Shown here in pieces: positions 33,540-44,052 of a stretch of DNA of 64,000 bases (position 1 is the stretch's first letter; each line of letters starts with the position of its first letter). The notes beneath the pieces were generated by a model. It saw only the letters and a program-made list of their open reading frames with translations. It was not told the origin of the DNA and made no database searches. The stretch comes from an uncultured Mycoplasmatota bacterium (GTDB lineage: Bacteria > Bacillota_I > Bacilli_A > RF39 > UBA660). Position numbers and translations under genes: made by a program. The stretch is from assembly GCA_947365915.1 (NCBI GenBank), contig CANAXT010000002.1, forward strand, positions 2,031-66,030. Direction: 5' to 3'.

Positions 33540-34211
33540 GTGACCATAATGAACTTATTAATCGTAGATGACGAAATATTAATTCGTGAAGTAGTAAAAG
33601 AATACGCAATCCATGAAGGATACCACGTATTTGAAGCAGACAACGGACAAGCCGCATTAGATATCATTCAAAAAGAAAACATCGATTGCATCATTTTAGA
33701 TATTATGATGCCCAAATTAGACGGAATCAGCATGCTAAAACAAATGCAACCCAAAATTCCAACCATTATATTATCCGCTAGAAACGAAGAATATGACAAA
33801 CTATCAGGCTTTGACCTAGGAATTGATGACTATATGACAAAACCATTTAGTCCAAAAGAATTAATGGCCAGAATCAAAGCCATATTAAAACGATATAACA
33901 AAATAGGAGAGGACATCTATACATATCAAGACTTAACCATAAACAGAAAAGCACACACCGTAACATTAGAAGGCAAAGAACTATCCATTACCCCCAAAGA
34001 ATACGACTTACTATTATATTTTATAGAAAACCAAAATGTAGCACTCTCCAGAGAACAACTACTAAGTAAAATTTGGGGATACGATTTTTTTGGAGATGAC
34101 AGAACTATCGATACACACATAAAAATGCTTCGAAACAATCTAGGAAAATATCGTGACTTAATCGTCACCGTTCGAGGAATGGGGTATAAATTTGTCATTA
34201 AAGAAAAATAG
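33540..34211 (+). CDS. OmpR-family response regulator
   Basis: Receiver domain (D-D...D...K) with a winged-helix C-terminal domain. Confidence 0.85.
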   Translation: MTIMNLLIVDDEILIREVVKEYAIHEGYHVFEADNGQAALDIIQKENIDCIILDIMMPKLDGISMLKQMQPKIPTIILSARNEEYDKLSGFDLGIDDYMTKPFSPKELMARIKAILKRYNKIGEDIYTYQDLTINRKAHTVTLEGKELSITPKEYDLLLYFIENQNVALSREQLLSKIWGYDFFGDDRTIDTHIKMLRNNLGKYRDLIVTVRGMGYKFVIKEK

Positions 34212-35589
34212 TCTCACCATTAAAATATGGAAATATCTAGCCCTTTTTTCTTGTATCATCTTAATTTTCCTATGGCTATTTCAAATTGCCTTCATGGATG
34301 ATTACTATGAATGGTCAAAAAAAAGAGACCTAACAGAAACCGCTAATCGTATCCTTAAAAACTACAATGATAATGATATCGAATCCACCTTAAACCTAAT
34401 CGCTTACGAAAAAGGCATTTGTATCGAAATCATTAGAAAAGGAGACTCCGAATTTCTATCTAGTTCCTTTAACCGAGGATGTATGATCGGAGACAAAAAA
34501 AACACAAGAAATTATCAAATCGCCTTCATGGAAAGCGGACTAGAAAAAAACAATTACACCATTACAAATCCAAACTTCAAAAATAAAATGTTAATTTCTG
34601 GACTAAAACTAGATTATCAAACATACGCATTCATCACAACCTCGTTAGAACCACTAGATGCCACCACTAAAATTCTTGGAATCCAACTCGTATATGTTAC
34701 ATTTATCGTTTTACTATTGTCATGTCTCGTCGCTTACTTCATATCCAAAAAAATATCCGCACCAATCATTGAACTAAATCAAGCCGCAAATAGTATTTCA
34801 AACGGAGACTACAATTTTGAACTACATAAAAAAACAGACATAGCCGAAATTGAAGAACTATTTAAAACATTAAACCAAGCCAAAAACGAACTATCCAAAA
34901 CAGAAGAACTAAGAAGAGACCTAATGGCAAACGTTTCCCATGACTTAAAAACACCATTGACCATGATTAAAGCATACGCTGAAATGACAAGAGATTTAAA
35001 CACAAACAAAGAAAAACAACAACAGAACCTAAACATCATCATTGAAGAAACAGACCGTTTAACAATACTCGTCAATGACATCTTAGAACTATCCAAAACC
35101 CAATCCACCGCTTATCCACTTACAAAAGAAGAAACAGACCTGACAAAACTAATAAAACAAATTTTAAAACGTTATGACATCTTAAAAGAAAAAGAAAACT
35201 ACCAATTCATATTCCAAGAAACCGATCCTATCATAGTTTCCATAGACAAAAAAAGAATCGAACAAGTAATTTATAACTTAATCAACAACGCCATCAACTA
35301 TACAGGAAACGATAACACAATATGGATCAATATCATCAAAAATATAGACCATATTAGAATAGAAATCAAAGACTCAGGAAAAGGAATTAATAAAGAAGAC
35401 CTACCATACATTTGGGATAAATACTATAAAAACGAAAAAAAACACAAAAGAAACGTCATTGGAACAGGATTAGGCCTATCAATTGTAAAAAATATATTAG
35501 AAGAACACAAATTTCCTTATGGAGTCATCTCAGAAAAAAACAAAGGAACAACATTTTATTTTGAAATTCCACGAAAAAAGCCAATTTGA
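34192..35589 (+). CDS. sensor histidine kinase (HAMP, HisKA, HATPase)
   Basis: Two TM segments, an H-box (SHDLKTPLT) and N/G boxes. Confidence 0.85.
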   Translation: MSLKKNSLTIKIWKYLALFSCIILIFLWLFQIAFMDDYYEWSKKRDLTETANRILKNYNDNDIESTLNLIAYEKGICIEIIRKGDSEFLSSSFNRGCMIGDKKNTRNYQIAFMESGLEKNNYTITNPNFKNKMLISGLKLDYQTYAFITTSLEPLDATTKILGIQLVYVTFIVLLLSCLVAYFISKKISAPIIELNQAANSISNGDYNFELHKKTDIAEIEELFKTLNQAKNELSKTEELRRDLMANVSHDLKTPLTMIKAYAEMTRDLNTNKEKQQQNLNIIIEETDRLTILVNDILELSKTQSTAYPLTKEETDLTKLIKQILKRYDILKEKENYQFIFQETDPIIVSIDKKRIEQVIYNLINNAINYTGNDNTIWINIIKNIDHIRIEIKDSGKGINKEDLPYIWDKYYKNEKKHKRNVIGTGLGLSIVKNILEEHKFPYGVISEKNKGTTFYFEIPRKKPI

Positions 35590-35658
35590 CAGGCTTTTTA
35601 TTTTGTGTTAGAATAGTACCTGCTCGCTTGGAAAACAAGAAAAAGGAGAGAAAAAAAT

Positions 35659-36108
35659 ATGAAAAAACAAAAAGAAAATGCTGTCTCGATTAAAAATGCT
35701 TATTTTTGTGTCACAGTATTTCTAGTGCAATTTGTACTAATGTTAATCACATTTATCACAATCGAAATTATCAAACACACAGCCCTACATAATGTATCTA
35801 CAGAAAGATTATATTTTGTTATGACACCAATTGAACTTGGATTAAACATTCTAATATGGTATATTGCAGGGAAAATAGGGCTTTATAATATTTTTAACAG
35901 CAAAAAAATTGCAAAAAAAAACTTACAACCACTCAAAAAAGCAGTCGTAAAAGACTGGTGTTACCTAACCGTAATCGTAGTAATACTATCATTATCAAAT
36001 ATCGTAAATATCTTTATTGCTTTAATTGCATTATGTATCAATTTACCACTTCTAAAAAGAAACTTTGATAAACAAGCAACACTACATTATGGAAAAATCA
36101 ACTTCTAA
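35659..36108 (+). CDS. small membrane protein
   Basis: 4 TM ORF with an RBS (AGGAGAG). Confidence 0.35.
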   Translation: MKKQKENAVSIKNAYFCVTVFLVQFVLMLITFITIEIIKHTALHNVSTERLYFVMTPIELGLNILIWYIAGKIGLYNIFNSKKIAKKNLQPLKKAVVKDWCYLTVIVVILSLSNIVNIFIALIALCINLPLLKRNFDKQATLHYGKINF

Positions 36109-36204
36109 AAGTGATTCACATATCACTTTTTTTTGAACTTTCACAAATCATAAAAATCAAAAAAAACATAGATTTTCAAACTAAAATTTGATACAATAGA
36201 GTAG

Positions 36205-37155
36205 GTGAAAAATATGATAACAATCTATAAAACAAATACAGAAAACAAACTATGTACTTTAAAAACAATTGAACCAGACTGTTGGATCAACCTTACAAAT
36301 CCTACTTTAGAAGAAATAGAACAAATACACAAAGAAACAAAAGTAGATAGACAACTAATGATTAAACTACTAGATGATGAAGAACTTCCAAGAATTGAAG
36401 TCAGTGGCAATTCAACACTCATTGTCATAGACACCCCTTTCATAGAAGACAAACGACACAAAAACAAATATGTCACAATGCCCCTTGGAATCATATTTTC
36501 AAACGATAACTATTTAATTACGATCTCATTAAAGAAAAATGAAGTAATCGAAGAATTCATAGCAGGAAACATAAAAGACTTCTATACCCATATGAAATCT
36601 AGATTTTTAATCCAACTATTTATGAAAATATCTGTAAAATTTTTAAGTTACCTAAAAATGATCAACAACGAAATTGAAGCCAAAGAACACGTACTATATA
36701 AAGCAACCGAAAACAAAGAATTGGTCTACTTATTAGGACTACAAAAAAGCTTAGTATTCTTCTTAACATCCCTAAAAAGTAACGACATCGTTCTCGAAAA
36801 AATATCCAAAGGAAACATTGTCCCACTCTATGAAGAAGACCTTGATTTATTAGAAGATGCCATCATAGAAAACAAACAAGGAATTGAAATGGCAAACATC
36901 TATCGCGAAATCCTAAGCACCATATCAGATACTTATGCAACAATTATATCCAACAACTTAAATAGAGTAATGAAAATACTAACATCCATAACCATCGTCA
37001 TTTCAATACCAACCATGGTTTCTTCCTTCTTAGGAATGAATGTCCCACTTGGAAATCTTGCCCATAACCCTTGGGCATTCGCACAAATATTTGGAATCTC
37101 TATTTTACTTTCCATACTAATCACCATCATCCTAAAGAAAAAGGACATGTTATAA
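36205..37155 (+). CDS. corA: CorA-family magnesium transporter
   Basis: 316 aa with a C-terminal two-TM region and a GMN motif (FLGMNV). Confidence 0.8.
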   Translation: MKNMITIYKTNTENKLCTLKTIEPDCWINLTNPTLEEIEQIHKETKVDRQLMIKLLDDEELPRIEVSGNSTLIVIDTPFIEDKRHKNKYVTMPLGIIFSNDNYLITISLKKNEVIEEFIAGNIKDFYTHMKSRFLIQLFMKISVKFLSYLKMINNEIEAKEHVLYKATENKELVYLLGLQKSLVFFLTSLKSNDIVLEKISKGNIVPLYEEDLDLLEDAIIENKQGIEMANIYREILSTISDTYATIISNNLNRVMKILTSITIVISIPTMVSSFLGMNVPLGNLAHNPWAFAQIFGISILLSILITIILKKKDML

Positions 37156-37751
37156 TGTGGGAAAAAAAAGAAATATGGATTCCAATCATTTGCTTTGCAC
37201 TCATTACAACATTACTTCTATTAAACCAAACACTGCCAATTGACACATGGATCTATAACAAAATATCAATATTAATTACAAATCCACTTACCAATATATT
37301 AAAAATCATCACCATGTTAGGAGAACCCAAAACCATTATCATATTATCCATATTATGGACAATATATCTATTCAAAACCAACAAAAAAGAAATCAAACCA
37401 TTTATCATATTACTAATTATCAGTATTACCTTTATCATCCTATTAAAAACAATCATAGGAAGAGAACGACCTGACATATTAAGACTCATTCCAATTGATG
37501 GATATAGTTTTCCAAGTGGACACTCCATTATATCCGTTGCCTTCTATGGCTACTTAACCACTTATTTTATAGAACAAAGCTATCCAAAAATAATCATACT
37601 TCCACTTTGCTTTATAATTATTATCGGAATTGGATTTAGTCGCATCTACCTCGGAGTACACTATTTCAGTGATGTATTAGCGGGCTATTCATTAGGAGCA
37701 CTGGCACTAGGAATCGCAAACTTACTTAGAAGAAAGGACACCATTTTATGA
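37155..37751 (+). CDS. PAP2-family phosphatase
   Basis: KxxxxxxRP, PSGH and SRxxxxxHxxxD motifs. Its ATG overlaps the corA stop (TAATG). Confidence 0.7.
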   Translation: MWEKKEIWIPIICFALITTLLLLNQTLPIDTWIYNKISILITNPLTNILKIITMLGEPKTIIILSILWTIYLFKTNKKEIKPFIILLIISITFIILLKTIIGRERPDILRLIPIDGYSFPSGHSIISVAFYGYLTTYFIEQSYPKIIILPLCFIIIIGIGFSRIYLGVHYFSDVLAGYSLGALALGIANLLRRKDTIL

Positions 37752-38692
37752 TCTACTTAATATACGGAAAAGAAACATTACTACTAGAAAAAAAATGTAC
37801 AGAAATATTAAAAAAAGAACAAATCGATGAATATAGCATTAGTAAATACGACCTAGAAAACGACAGCTTAAATACCATCCTAGAAGACGCTACTACAATA
37901 TCCATGTTTAGTTCCAAAAAAGCAATTATCGTCACAAATAGTTATATCTTTACAGCCACCACAAAAAAAAGCCTAATAGAACAAAATACAGATCTTCTAT
38001 TAGACTACTTAGAACACAGAAACCCAGACACAATATTGATTTTTATCATCCCATCAGAAAAACTAGACGAACGAAAAAAAATCACCAAACAATGTAGAAA
38101 AATCGCAACCATTACTGAAATCAACACAGTTAAAAACATAGGACAAATCGTAAAAGAAATGTTTGGAGAATACCAAATAGATCAAGCAACAACCCAACTA
38201 TTCATTGATCGAGTAGGAGACAACCTTCGAATTTTAGAACAAGAATGCGAAAAAATAAAAACGTATAAAAATGAAGAAAAAAAAATCACCAAAGAAGACA
38301 TTCTAAACTTAACCGCAAAAAACATCGATATCGACATTTTCAAACTCATTGAAAACATTATCCTAAAAAAGAAACAACAAGCACTAGAATCATACCAAGA
38401 AATGTTAAAAAGAAATGAAGAACCAATCAAAATTATCATCATGTTAGCCAACCAATTCAGAATTATGTATCAAGCAAAAGAACTGAATAAAAAAGGCTAT
38501 ACAGCAAATGATATCGCATCCACCTTAGAAATCCACCCATACCGATTAAAACTTGCCCTAGAAAAAAGCTACAACTTTTCTAGCTCCATTCTATTAAACT
38601 ATTTAGAAAAATTAGCGGATCTAGATAGCAACATCAAAAGTGGGCTAGTGGATAAAAATCTAGCCCTAGAATTATTCATCTTAGAAATATAA
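37748..38692 (+). CDS. holA: DNA polymerase III delta subunit
   Basis: 314 aa with HolA-like domain architecture. Confidence 0.7.
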   Translation: MIYLIYGKETLLLEKKCTEILKKEQIDEYSISKYDLENDSLNTILEDATTISMFSSKKAIIVTNSYIFTATTKKSLIEQNTDLLLDYLEHRNPDTILIFIIPSEKLDERKKITKQCRKIATITEINTVKNIGQIVKEMFGEYQIDQATTQLFIDRVGDNLRILEQECEKIKTYKNEEKKITKEDILNLTAKNIDIDIFKLIENIILKKKQQALESYQEMLKRNEEPIKIIIMLANQFRIMYQAKELNKKGYTANDIASTLEIHPYRLKLALEKSYNFSSSILLNYLEKLADLDSNIKSGLVDKNLALELFILEI

Positions 38693-38710
38693 AAGCATTG
38701 CTTTTTTTTA
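38692..38710. terminator. bidirectional terminator
   Basis: AAAGCA-at-TGCTTTTTTTT between convergent holA and rarA. Confidence 0.5.
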
Positions 38711-39925
38711 ACACTCTTTATTCCTTTCAATATGATCATAAACCGTTTTCAAACTAGTCTCATACTTACTAGTCGTTTTAGGAACATAATACTTTTTTTC
38801 CTTTAACTTATCAGGAAGATATTGCTGATTCACCCAAGCATTCGGAAAATCATGAGGATATTTATAATCCTTAGAATTGGTCTTAACATGACTTGGAACA
38901 TTTCCTACATTACCAAGCCGAATATCATTTAAAGCCATATCCAAAGCAATATGAGCACTATTAGACTTAGGAGAAAGAGAGAGTTCCACCACAGTAGTTG
39001 CCAAAGGAATTCGTGCCTCTGGTAATCCAAGACGCTCACAAGCATTAATACAAGCATCTACTTTAGGCCCCATAGACGGATTTGCAAGACCAATATCTTC
39101 ATAAGCAATCACAGTCATCCTCCGGTAAATAATATCCAAATCCTCAGCCTCAATCAAACGAGCCAAATAATGTAAAGCAGCATTAACATCACTTCCACGA
39201 ATTGACTTTTGAAAAGCACTGATCACATCATAATGACCATCCTCATTTTTATCATGAAAAAAAACTGGTTTATTATTAATATCTTTAATAATCGTACTTG
39301 TCACATGAAAATCTTCACTAGAATAATAAGCAACCTCTAACAAATTGTAAGCAGAACGAAGATCTCCACCAGAAATAGTAACAATATGATGAAGCGCTTC
39401 ATCATCAATCACAATACCACTTAAATAAGGACTTTCAATCGCTCTTTTTAATCCCATCAATACTTCATCATCCGTAAGCTCCTTCAACTCAAAAATCTGA
39501 CAGCGACTTCGTATTGCTGGATTAATCTTATGATAAGGATTAGAAGTAGTCATACCAATTAACGTAATCAAACCACTTTCTAAATAGGGAAGCAATAAAT
39601 CCTGTTTATCCTTATTCATACGATGAATTTCATCCAATATTAACACCATACCATGATACATTTTCGCTTCCTCAATCACTACATCAAAATCTTTTTTATT
39701 ATTAATGACCGCATTTAACATACGATATTGAAGATTCAATTCCTCTACAATAGAGTATGCAACACTTGTCTTCCCAATGCCTGGTTTCCCATACAAAATC
39801 ATAGAAAATAACCTTTGATGCTTCACCATATTGGTAATAATTTTATTTTTACCAATCAAGTGCGTTTGACCAATAATATCACCTGTTTTTTTTGGTCGCA
39901 ATTTAACAGCCAATGGTTCATTCAT
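38708..39925 (-). CDS. rarA: replication-associated recombination protein A (MgsA/RarA AAA ATPase)
   Basis: Walker A GKPGIGKTS, Walker B and an AAA lid, about 405 aa. Confidence 0.85.
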   Translation of the reverse strand: MNEPLAVKLRPKKTGDIIGQTHLIGKNKIITNMVKHQRLFSMILYGKPGIGKTSVAYSIVEELNLQYRMLNAVINNKKDFDVVIEEAKMYHGMVLILDEIHRMNKDKQDLLLPYLESGLITLIGMTTSNPYHKINPAIRSRCQIFELKELTDDEVLMGLKRAIESPYLSGIVIDDEALHHIVTISGGDLRSAYNLLEVAYYSSEDFHVTSTIIKDINNKPVFFHDKNEDGHYDVISAFQKSIRGSDVNAALHYLARLIEAEDLDIIYRRMTVIAYEDIGLANPSMGPKVDACINACERLGLPEARIPLATTVVELSLSPKSNSAHIALDMALNDIRLGNVGNVPSHVKTNSKDYKYPHDFPNAWVNQQYLPDKLKEKKYYVPKTTSKYETSLKTVYDHIERNKEC

Positions 39926-40003
39926 AATGATCACCCTATATTATTTTATCAAAAATTCTAGTAAAAACATAGTCTTTTTGTTATAATAAATAAGGTGATA
40001 ATC

Positions 40004-40900
40004 ATGTCAAAACGAGAAAAAATATTACCTCCATTTGGAAAAGAATTTTTAAATTACTTATACATTGATAAAAATTACTCAGAAAACACAATAGAATCAT
40101 ATGCCTTTGAATTAGAAAAACTAGGACTGTTTTTAAAAAACCACCATTTAGAAATGAAAGAACAAGAAACAGAAGCCTACATTAAAACATTACAAAAAGA
40201 AAGTACCTTTAGCTTATCACACAACATTTCTTGTATGCGCTCATTTTATAAATTTTTATTAATCAATCATCACGTGAAAAAAAATCCCTTCGAAGAAATC
40301 GCTCTTCCAAAACAACCAAAAAAATTGCCAAAAGTATTAAGTGAAAATGAAATAGAATCACTTTTAAACATTCAAATAAAAGATCCATTTAGTGCTAGAA
40401 ACAAAGCCATATTAGAACTCATGTATGCCACTGGACTCCGTGTCAGCGAACTCATCAATTTAAAAATAGGGGATATTGACTTTGAAATGTCCATTGTAAG
40501 AACAATGGGAAAAGGAAAAAAAGAAAGAATCATACCCATTGGAGATTATGCTTTAAAAGCACTATACATTTATATCTATGAATATCGTAACCAACTACTC
40601 ATAAAAGGGTGGAATGATTACTTATTTATCAATAACCATGGAACCAACCTAACAAGACAAGCCATATTCAAAATGATACAATCACTCGCTTCAGAAAAGA
40701 AAATAGAAACTCCTTTTTCACCACACACCTTAAGACATTCATTCGCCACTCATTTACTACACAATGGAGCCAACCTAAGAGACATCCAAGAAATGCTTGG
40801 ACATAGTTCTTTATCCACTACACAAATATATACACACGTTTCCATCGAAAAACTAGAAAAAGACTATAAAAAATTTCACCCACATGGAGGAATAAAATGA
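40004..40900 (+). CDS. XerC/XerD-family tyrosine site-specific recombinase
   Basis: R...HxxR...Y catalytic residues (HTLRHSFATHLL ... GHSSLSTTQIYTHV) and an N-terminal SAM-like domain. Confidence 0.8.
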   Translation: MSKREKILPPFGKEFLNYLYIDKNYSENTIESYAFELEKLGLFLKNHHLEMKEQETEAYIKTLQKESTFSLSHNISCMRSFYKFLLINHHVKKNPFEEIALPKQPKKLPKVLSENEIESLLNIQIKDPFSARNKAILELMYATGLRVSELINLKIGDIDFEMSIVRTMGKGKKERIIPIGDYALKALYIYIYEYRNQLLIKGWNDYLFINNHGTNLTRQAIFKMIQSLASEKKIETPFSPHTLRHSFATHLLHNGANLRDIQEMLGHSSLSTTQIYTHVSIEKLEKDYKKFHPHGGIK

Positions 40901-41613
40901 ACTTAAATATACCAAAACAATGGACTAAAGAAAACTATCAACAATTTTTAAAAGAACTTAAAACACTACAAGATCAAAAATACCAAACATTTCATTCCAA
41001 ATTGATACGAAATGAAATGCCATTAATCGGAATTCGAACACCCATCTTACAAGAAATCGCACAAAAAATCAGTCAAGATGACTACATAAATTTCATCAAA
41101 TATAACAAACATCATTATTATGAAGAAACTATATTACATGGATTAATATTAGGATACTTAAAAATCGATTTCAAAGAATTATTAAATCTATTAGAAAAAT
41201 TTCTTCCATACAATACCAATTGGGCAATCAATGACAGCGTTTGTGCGAATTTAAAACAATTCAAAAAAAATCAAAAATTAGGATATCCATGGATTATCAA
41301 TTTATTAAAATCAAACAACCCATGGGATATCCGTTTCGGATTCATTTTACTATTAGACCACTATATGAATGAAACTTATATTGACACAATATTAGAACTT
41401 GCAAATAAACCATATACAGATCATTATTACGTAAATATGGCAATCGCTTGGATGATCTCTATTTGTTACATAAAATTTCCAGAAAAAACAATTGTTATAC
41501 TAGAAAATAAAACATTACAACCATGGATCCAAAACAAAACAATCTCCAAAATTAGAGATTCTAAACAAGTATCAAAAGAAAAAAAAGATTACTTAAATAC
41601 TTTAAAAAAGTAA
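40897..41613 (+). CDS. DNA alkylation repair enzyme (AlkD/HEAT-like repeat family)
   Basis: 238 aa, helical-repeat protein typical of the family. Confidence 0.6.
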   Translation: MNLNIPKQWTKENYQQFLKELKTLQDQKYQTFHSKLIRNEMPLIGIRTPILQEIAQKISQDDYINFIKYNKHHYYEETILHGLILGYLKIDFKELLNLLEKFLPYNTNWAINDSVCANLKQFKKNQKLGYPWIINLLKSNNPWDIRFGFILLLDHYMNETYIDTILELANKPYTDHYYVNMAIAWMISICYIKFPEKTIVILENKTLQPWIQNKTISKIRDSKQVSKEKKDYLNTLKK

Positions 41614-42149
41614 TCTTTTATTTTTGTTTTAAAAAACAATGTTGAACAAATATCAATGATAAAAAATATCATAAAAAGTATCGTAATCCAAGATGGAATT
41701 TTCAAAATAAACTTATCAAAAAACGGTTTTACGAAATAAACAACAAGCAAACTAATAAATCCCCAAGCCAAAGAAATCTCCAAAGCAATATATTTTCCAA
41801 TATGAAACTTCAAATTACTATAATCCCAAAATGTTGTTTTAAAAATTTTCTCAATCAAAATTCCACCCAACAATTCAATCGCAGTTAAAAGTACAACTAC
41901 CGCTACAAATATAACCAAAGTCTGCAACAACTTAGTAGAATGAAGATTCTTAAAAATAAAATCTGAAACTAAAATAATAATCAAAATTCCTATTCCATAA
42001 ACAGGAGTCCAAGGACCATACAAAATACCACTATCTCCTTTATGTCCCATAAAAAAATAGACAACATGTTCAAATAAAAATCCTAAAATTGAATAAAGAA
42101 AAAAGCAATTCATATAATACATAGCATTCACCACTTTTAGTATGTACAA
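41589..42149 (-). CDS. multi-TM membrane protein
   Basis: 186 aa hydrophobic ORF. Confidence 0.4.
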   Translation of the reverse strand: MYILKVVNAMYYMNCFFLYSILGFLFEHVVYFFMGHKGDSGILYGPWTPVYGIGILIIILVSDFIFKNLHSTKLLQTLVIFVAVVVLLTAIELLGGILIEKIFKTTFWDYSNLKFHIGKYIALEISLAWGFISLLVVYFVKPFFDKFILKIPSWITILFMIFFIIDICSTLFFKTKIKDYFFKVFK

Positions 42150-42212
42150 ATTTGATAAAATTACACATATATTTTGTATTTTCTAATCATATAGTAGAGT
42201 AGGTGAATCATT

Positions 42213-42959
42213 ATGACAAATATTACAGAATCATTTATATTAACAACATTAGCAGGACTATCCACAATGTTAGGAACTATATTTATATTCCTGAAAAAAA
42301 GAGAAAATTTAATTTATAAATCCCTCTCATTCGCTGCTGGAGTCATGATTACAGTATCTCTAACAGACTTAATTCCAGAAGGACAACACTTATTACAAAA
42401 AACTTTTTTTCCCATTCCTACTATTTTAATCAGTCTAATTTTTTTCGTCATTGGAATCATTCTTACCATGACACTAAATCATTATTTACCAGAAAACAAA
42501 GAAAAAAAAGTAAACCACAAATTATATCGAATTGGAATTATTTCCATGTTAGCAATCATGTTTCATAACATTCCAGAAGGAATAATGACATTTATGACAA
42601 GTACACACAATATGACATTAGGATTATCCTTAACTCTAGCCATAGCCCTTCACAATATCCCAGAAGGAATTAGTATTTCAATTCCTATCTTTTACGCTTC
42701 AGGAAGCCGAAAAAAAGCATTTTTATACACATTTATCTCTGGCATTTCAGAATTAATAGGAGCCATATTCGCATTTATCTTTTTAAAAGACATTATGAAT
42801 GAAGCAATGATGGGTATGCTATACTCACTAACTGCTGGAATCATGATCTACATTTCTCTCCATGAATTATTACCAGCTTCTTTACAAAATCATAAAACAG
42901 GAAAATCAATATTTTATTTTTTAATTGGAGTAGGGATCATGTTGATCAATCATTTTTAA
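42213..42959 (+). CDS. zupT: ZIP-family zinc transporter
   Basis: 8 TM with a HNxPEG motif repeated (HNIPEGI twice). Confidence 0.8.
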   Translation: MTNITESFILTTLAGLSTMLGTIFIFLKKRENLIYKSLSFAAGVMITVSLTDLIPEGQHLLQKTFFPIPTILISLIFFVIGIILTMTLNHYLPENKEKKVNHKLYRIGIISMLAIMFHNIPEGIMTFMTSTHNMTLGLSLTLAIALHNIPEGISISIPIFYASGSRKKAFLYTFISGISELIGAIFAFIFLKDIMNEAMMGMLYSLTAGIMIYISLHELLPASLQNHKTGKSIFYFLIGVGIMLINHF

Positions 42960-42963
42960 AAAA

Positions 42964-42985
42964 AAAGAGAAAATCTCTTTTTTCT
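42964..42985. terminator. bidirectional terminator
   Basis: AAGAGA-aaat-CTCTTTTTT. Confidence 0.5.
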
Positions 42986-42997
42986 TGGGCTTATAGC

Positions 42998-43201
42998 CTA
43001 TTTCAATTCAAAAGAATCGCCATTATCTTCATCGAGTTCAAACGAATGAGTTTCGTCATCGTCAAAACCGATTTCGTTGGCTTTGTTTGAAACTTTATTG
43101 CTATTAGAATCTGTTACTGAATTGTTACTTGAATTTTTAACATTATTGTTTTTACAATTCTTAGCAGAAGCTTTCGCTTGTTTCATATCTTTTTTTGCCA
43201 T
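42998..43201 (-). CDS. small Asn/Ser-rich acidic protein
   Basis: 67 aa with low-complexity N/S-rich and D/E-rich regions. Confidence 0.3.
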   Translation of the reverse strand: MAKKDMKQAKASAKNCKNNNVKNSSNNSVTDSNSNKVSNKANEIGFDDDETHSFELDEDNGDSFELK

Positions 43202-43453
43202 TTTTCATCACCCATTAGTATTATGGATTGTTTATAAAGTTTTATGCAAAGAGTAGGGAAGTGGAAGAATTTGGCTCTCAATTTGCATTTTTTTTTAAAT
43301 GTGATATAATATCTCCTCGAAAAAGAAAAAAAGGGGAGTTTTTATATGATTTTATTATTAATTTTATTAATTAATTATATGAAAAATAATAATGTAAGAA
43401 GCTAAAAATTGATTTTCGATTTTTAACTTTTTATTTTGAAGGGAGAGAAAATT

Positions 43454-43969
43454 ATGAAACCAAAAAATAAAAAATTAGAAAAACAACGAATCAAAAAATA
43501 CGATAAACAAATAAATCAAGCACAAGCAAGTTATTATCGAATTTTAAATTATATCACTGGACAATATTATTATAGTTTAAAAAAAGAATTCACCTATAAT
43601 GAAATCATAAAAAGCTGTAATACTACAAATGAGACTTTAAATGAACTGAAAACATATTTAGAGAAAAAAGAACATATAAAAATGAAAAAAAACAAAATAA
43701 TAGTTAATTATGAGATCATATTAGTATTTGAAGAAATACTTAATAATCACAAATCATTCTATCTTAATCAATCTTATGGATTACTTAGCTTTGGTATTTC
43801 TAGTTTTTCGTTTACAATCGCTATTTTTCAAATTTTAAAAAACAATCAACTAGTTGGAATAACTATAGTTATTATGTTCGTAATTGTAGGTAAAATGGTT
43901 AATGATATTTTAAAAACTAAATTAGATCAAATAATACCCACAATATATTTTGACAACAAAAAAGAATAA
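43454..43969 (+). CDS. hypothetical protein with C-terminal TM helices
   Basis: RBS GAAGGGAG. Preceded by an AAATGTGATATAAT extended -10. Confidence 0.3.
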   Translation: MKPKNKKLEKQRIKKYDKQINQAQASYYRILNYITGQYYYSLKKEFTYNEIIKSCNTTNETLNELKTYLEKKEHIKMKKNKIIVNYEIILVFEEILNNHKSFYLNQSYGLLSFGISSFSFTIAIFQILKNNQLVGITIVIMFVIVGKMVNDILKTKLDQIIPTIYFDNKKE

Positions 43970-44024
43970 TATAACATTTTTCAAAAGTAAAAATCAAATA
44001 GATTTTCTTCTATTCTTAAAAAGA

Positions 44025-44052
44025 AGTTAACATAATATACATTATAGAAAGT
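44025..44052. other. dif-like XerCD recombination site (attL junction)
   Basis: The plus strand reads AGTTAACATAA-TATACA-TTATAGAAAGT. Its reverse complement, ACTTTCTATAA-TGTATA-TTATGTTAACT, matches Bacillus subtilis dif (ACTTCCTAGAA-TATATA-TTATGTAAACT) and the E. coli dif core ATAATGTATATTATGTTAA. Confidence 0.65.

Noticed and set aside
42998-43201. The small N/S-rich acidic protein as a small acid-soluble spore protein
   Set aside because: It lacks the conserved SASP germination-protease cleavage motif. Kept only as a hypothetical small protein.
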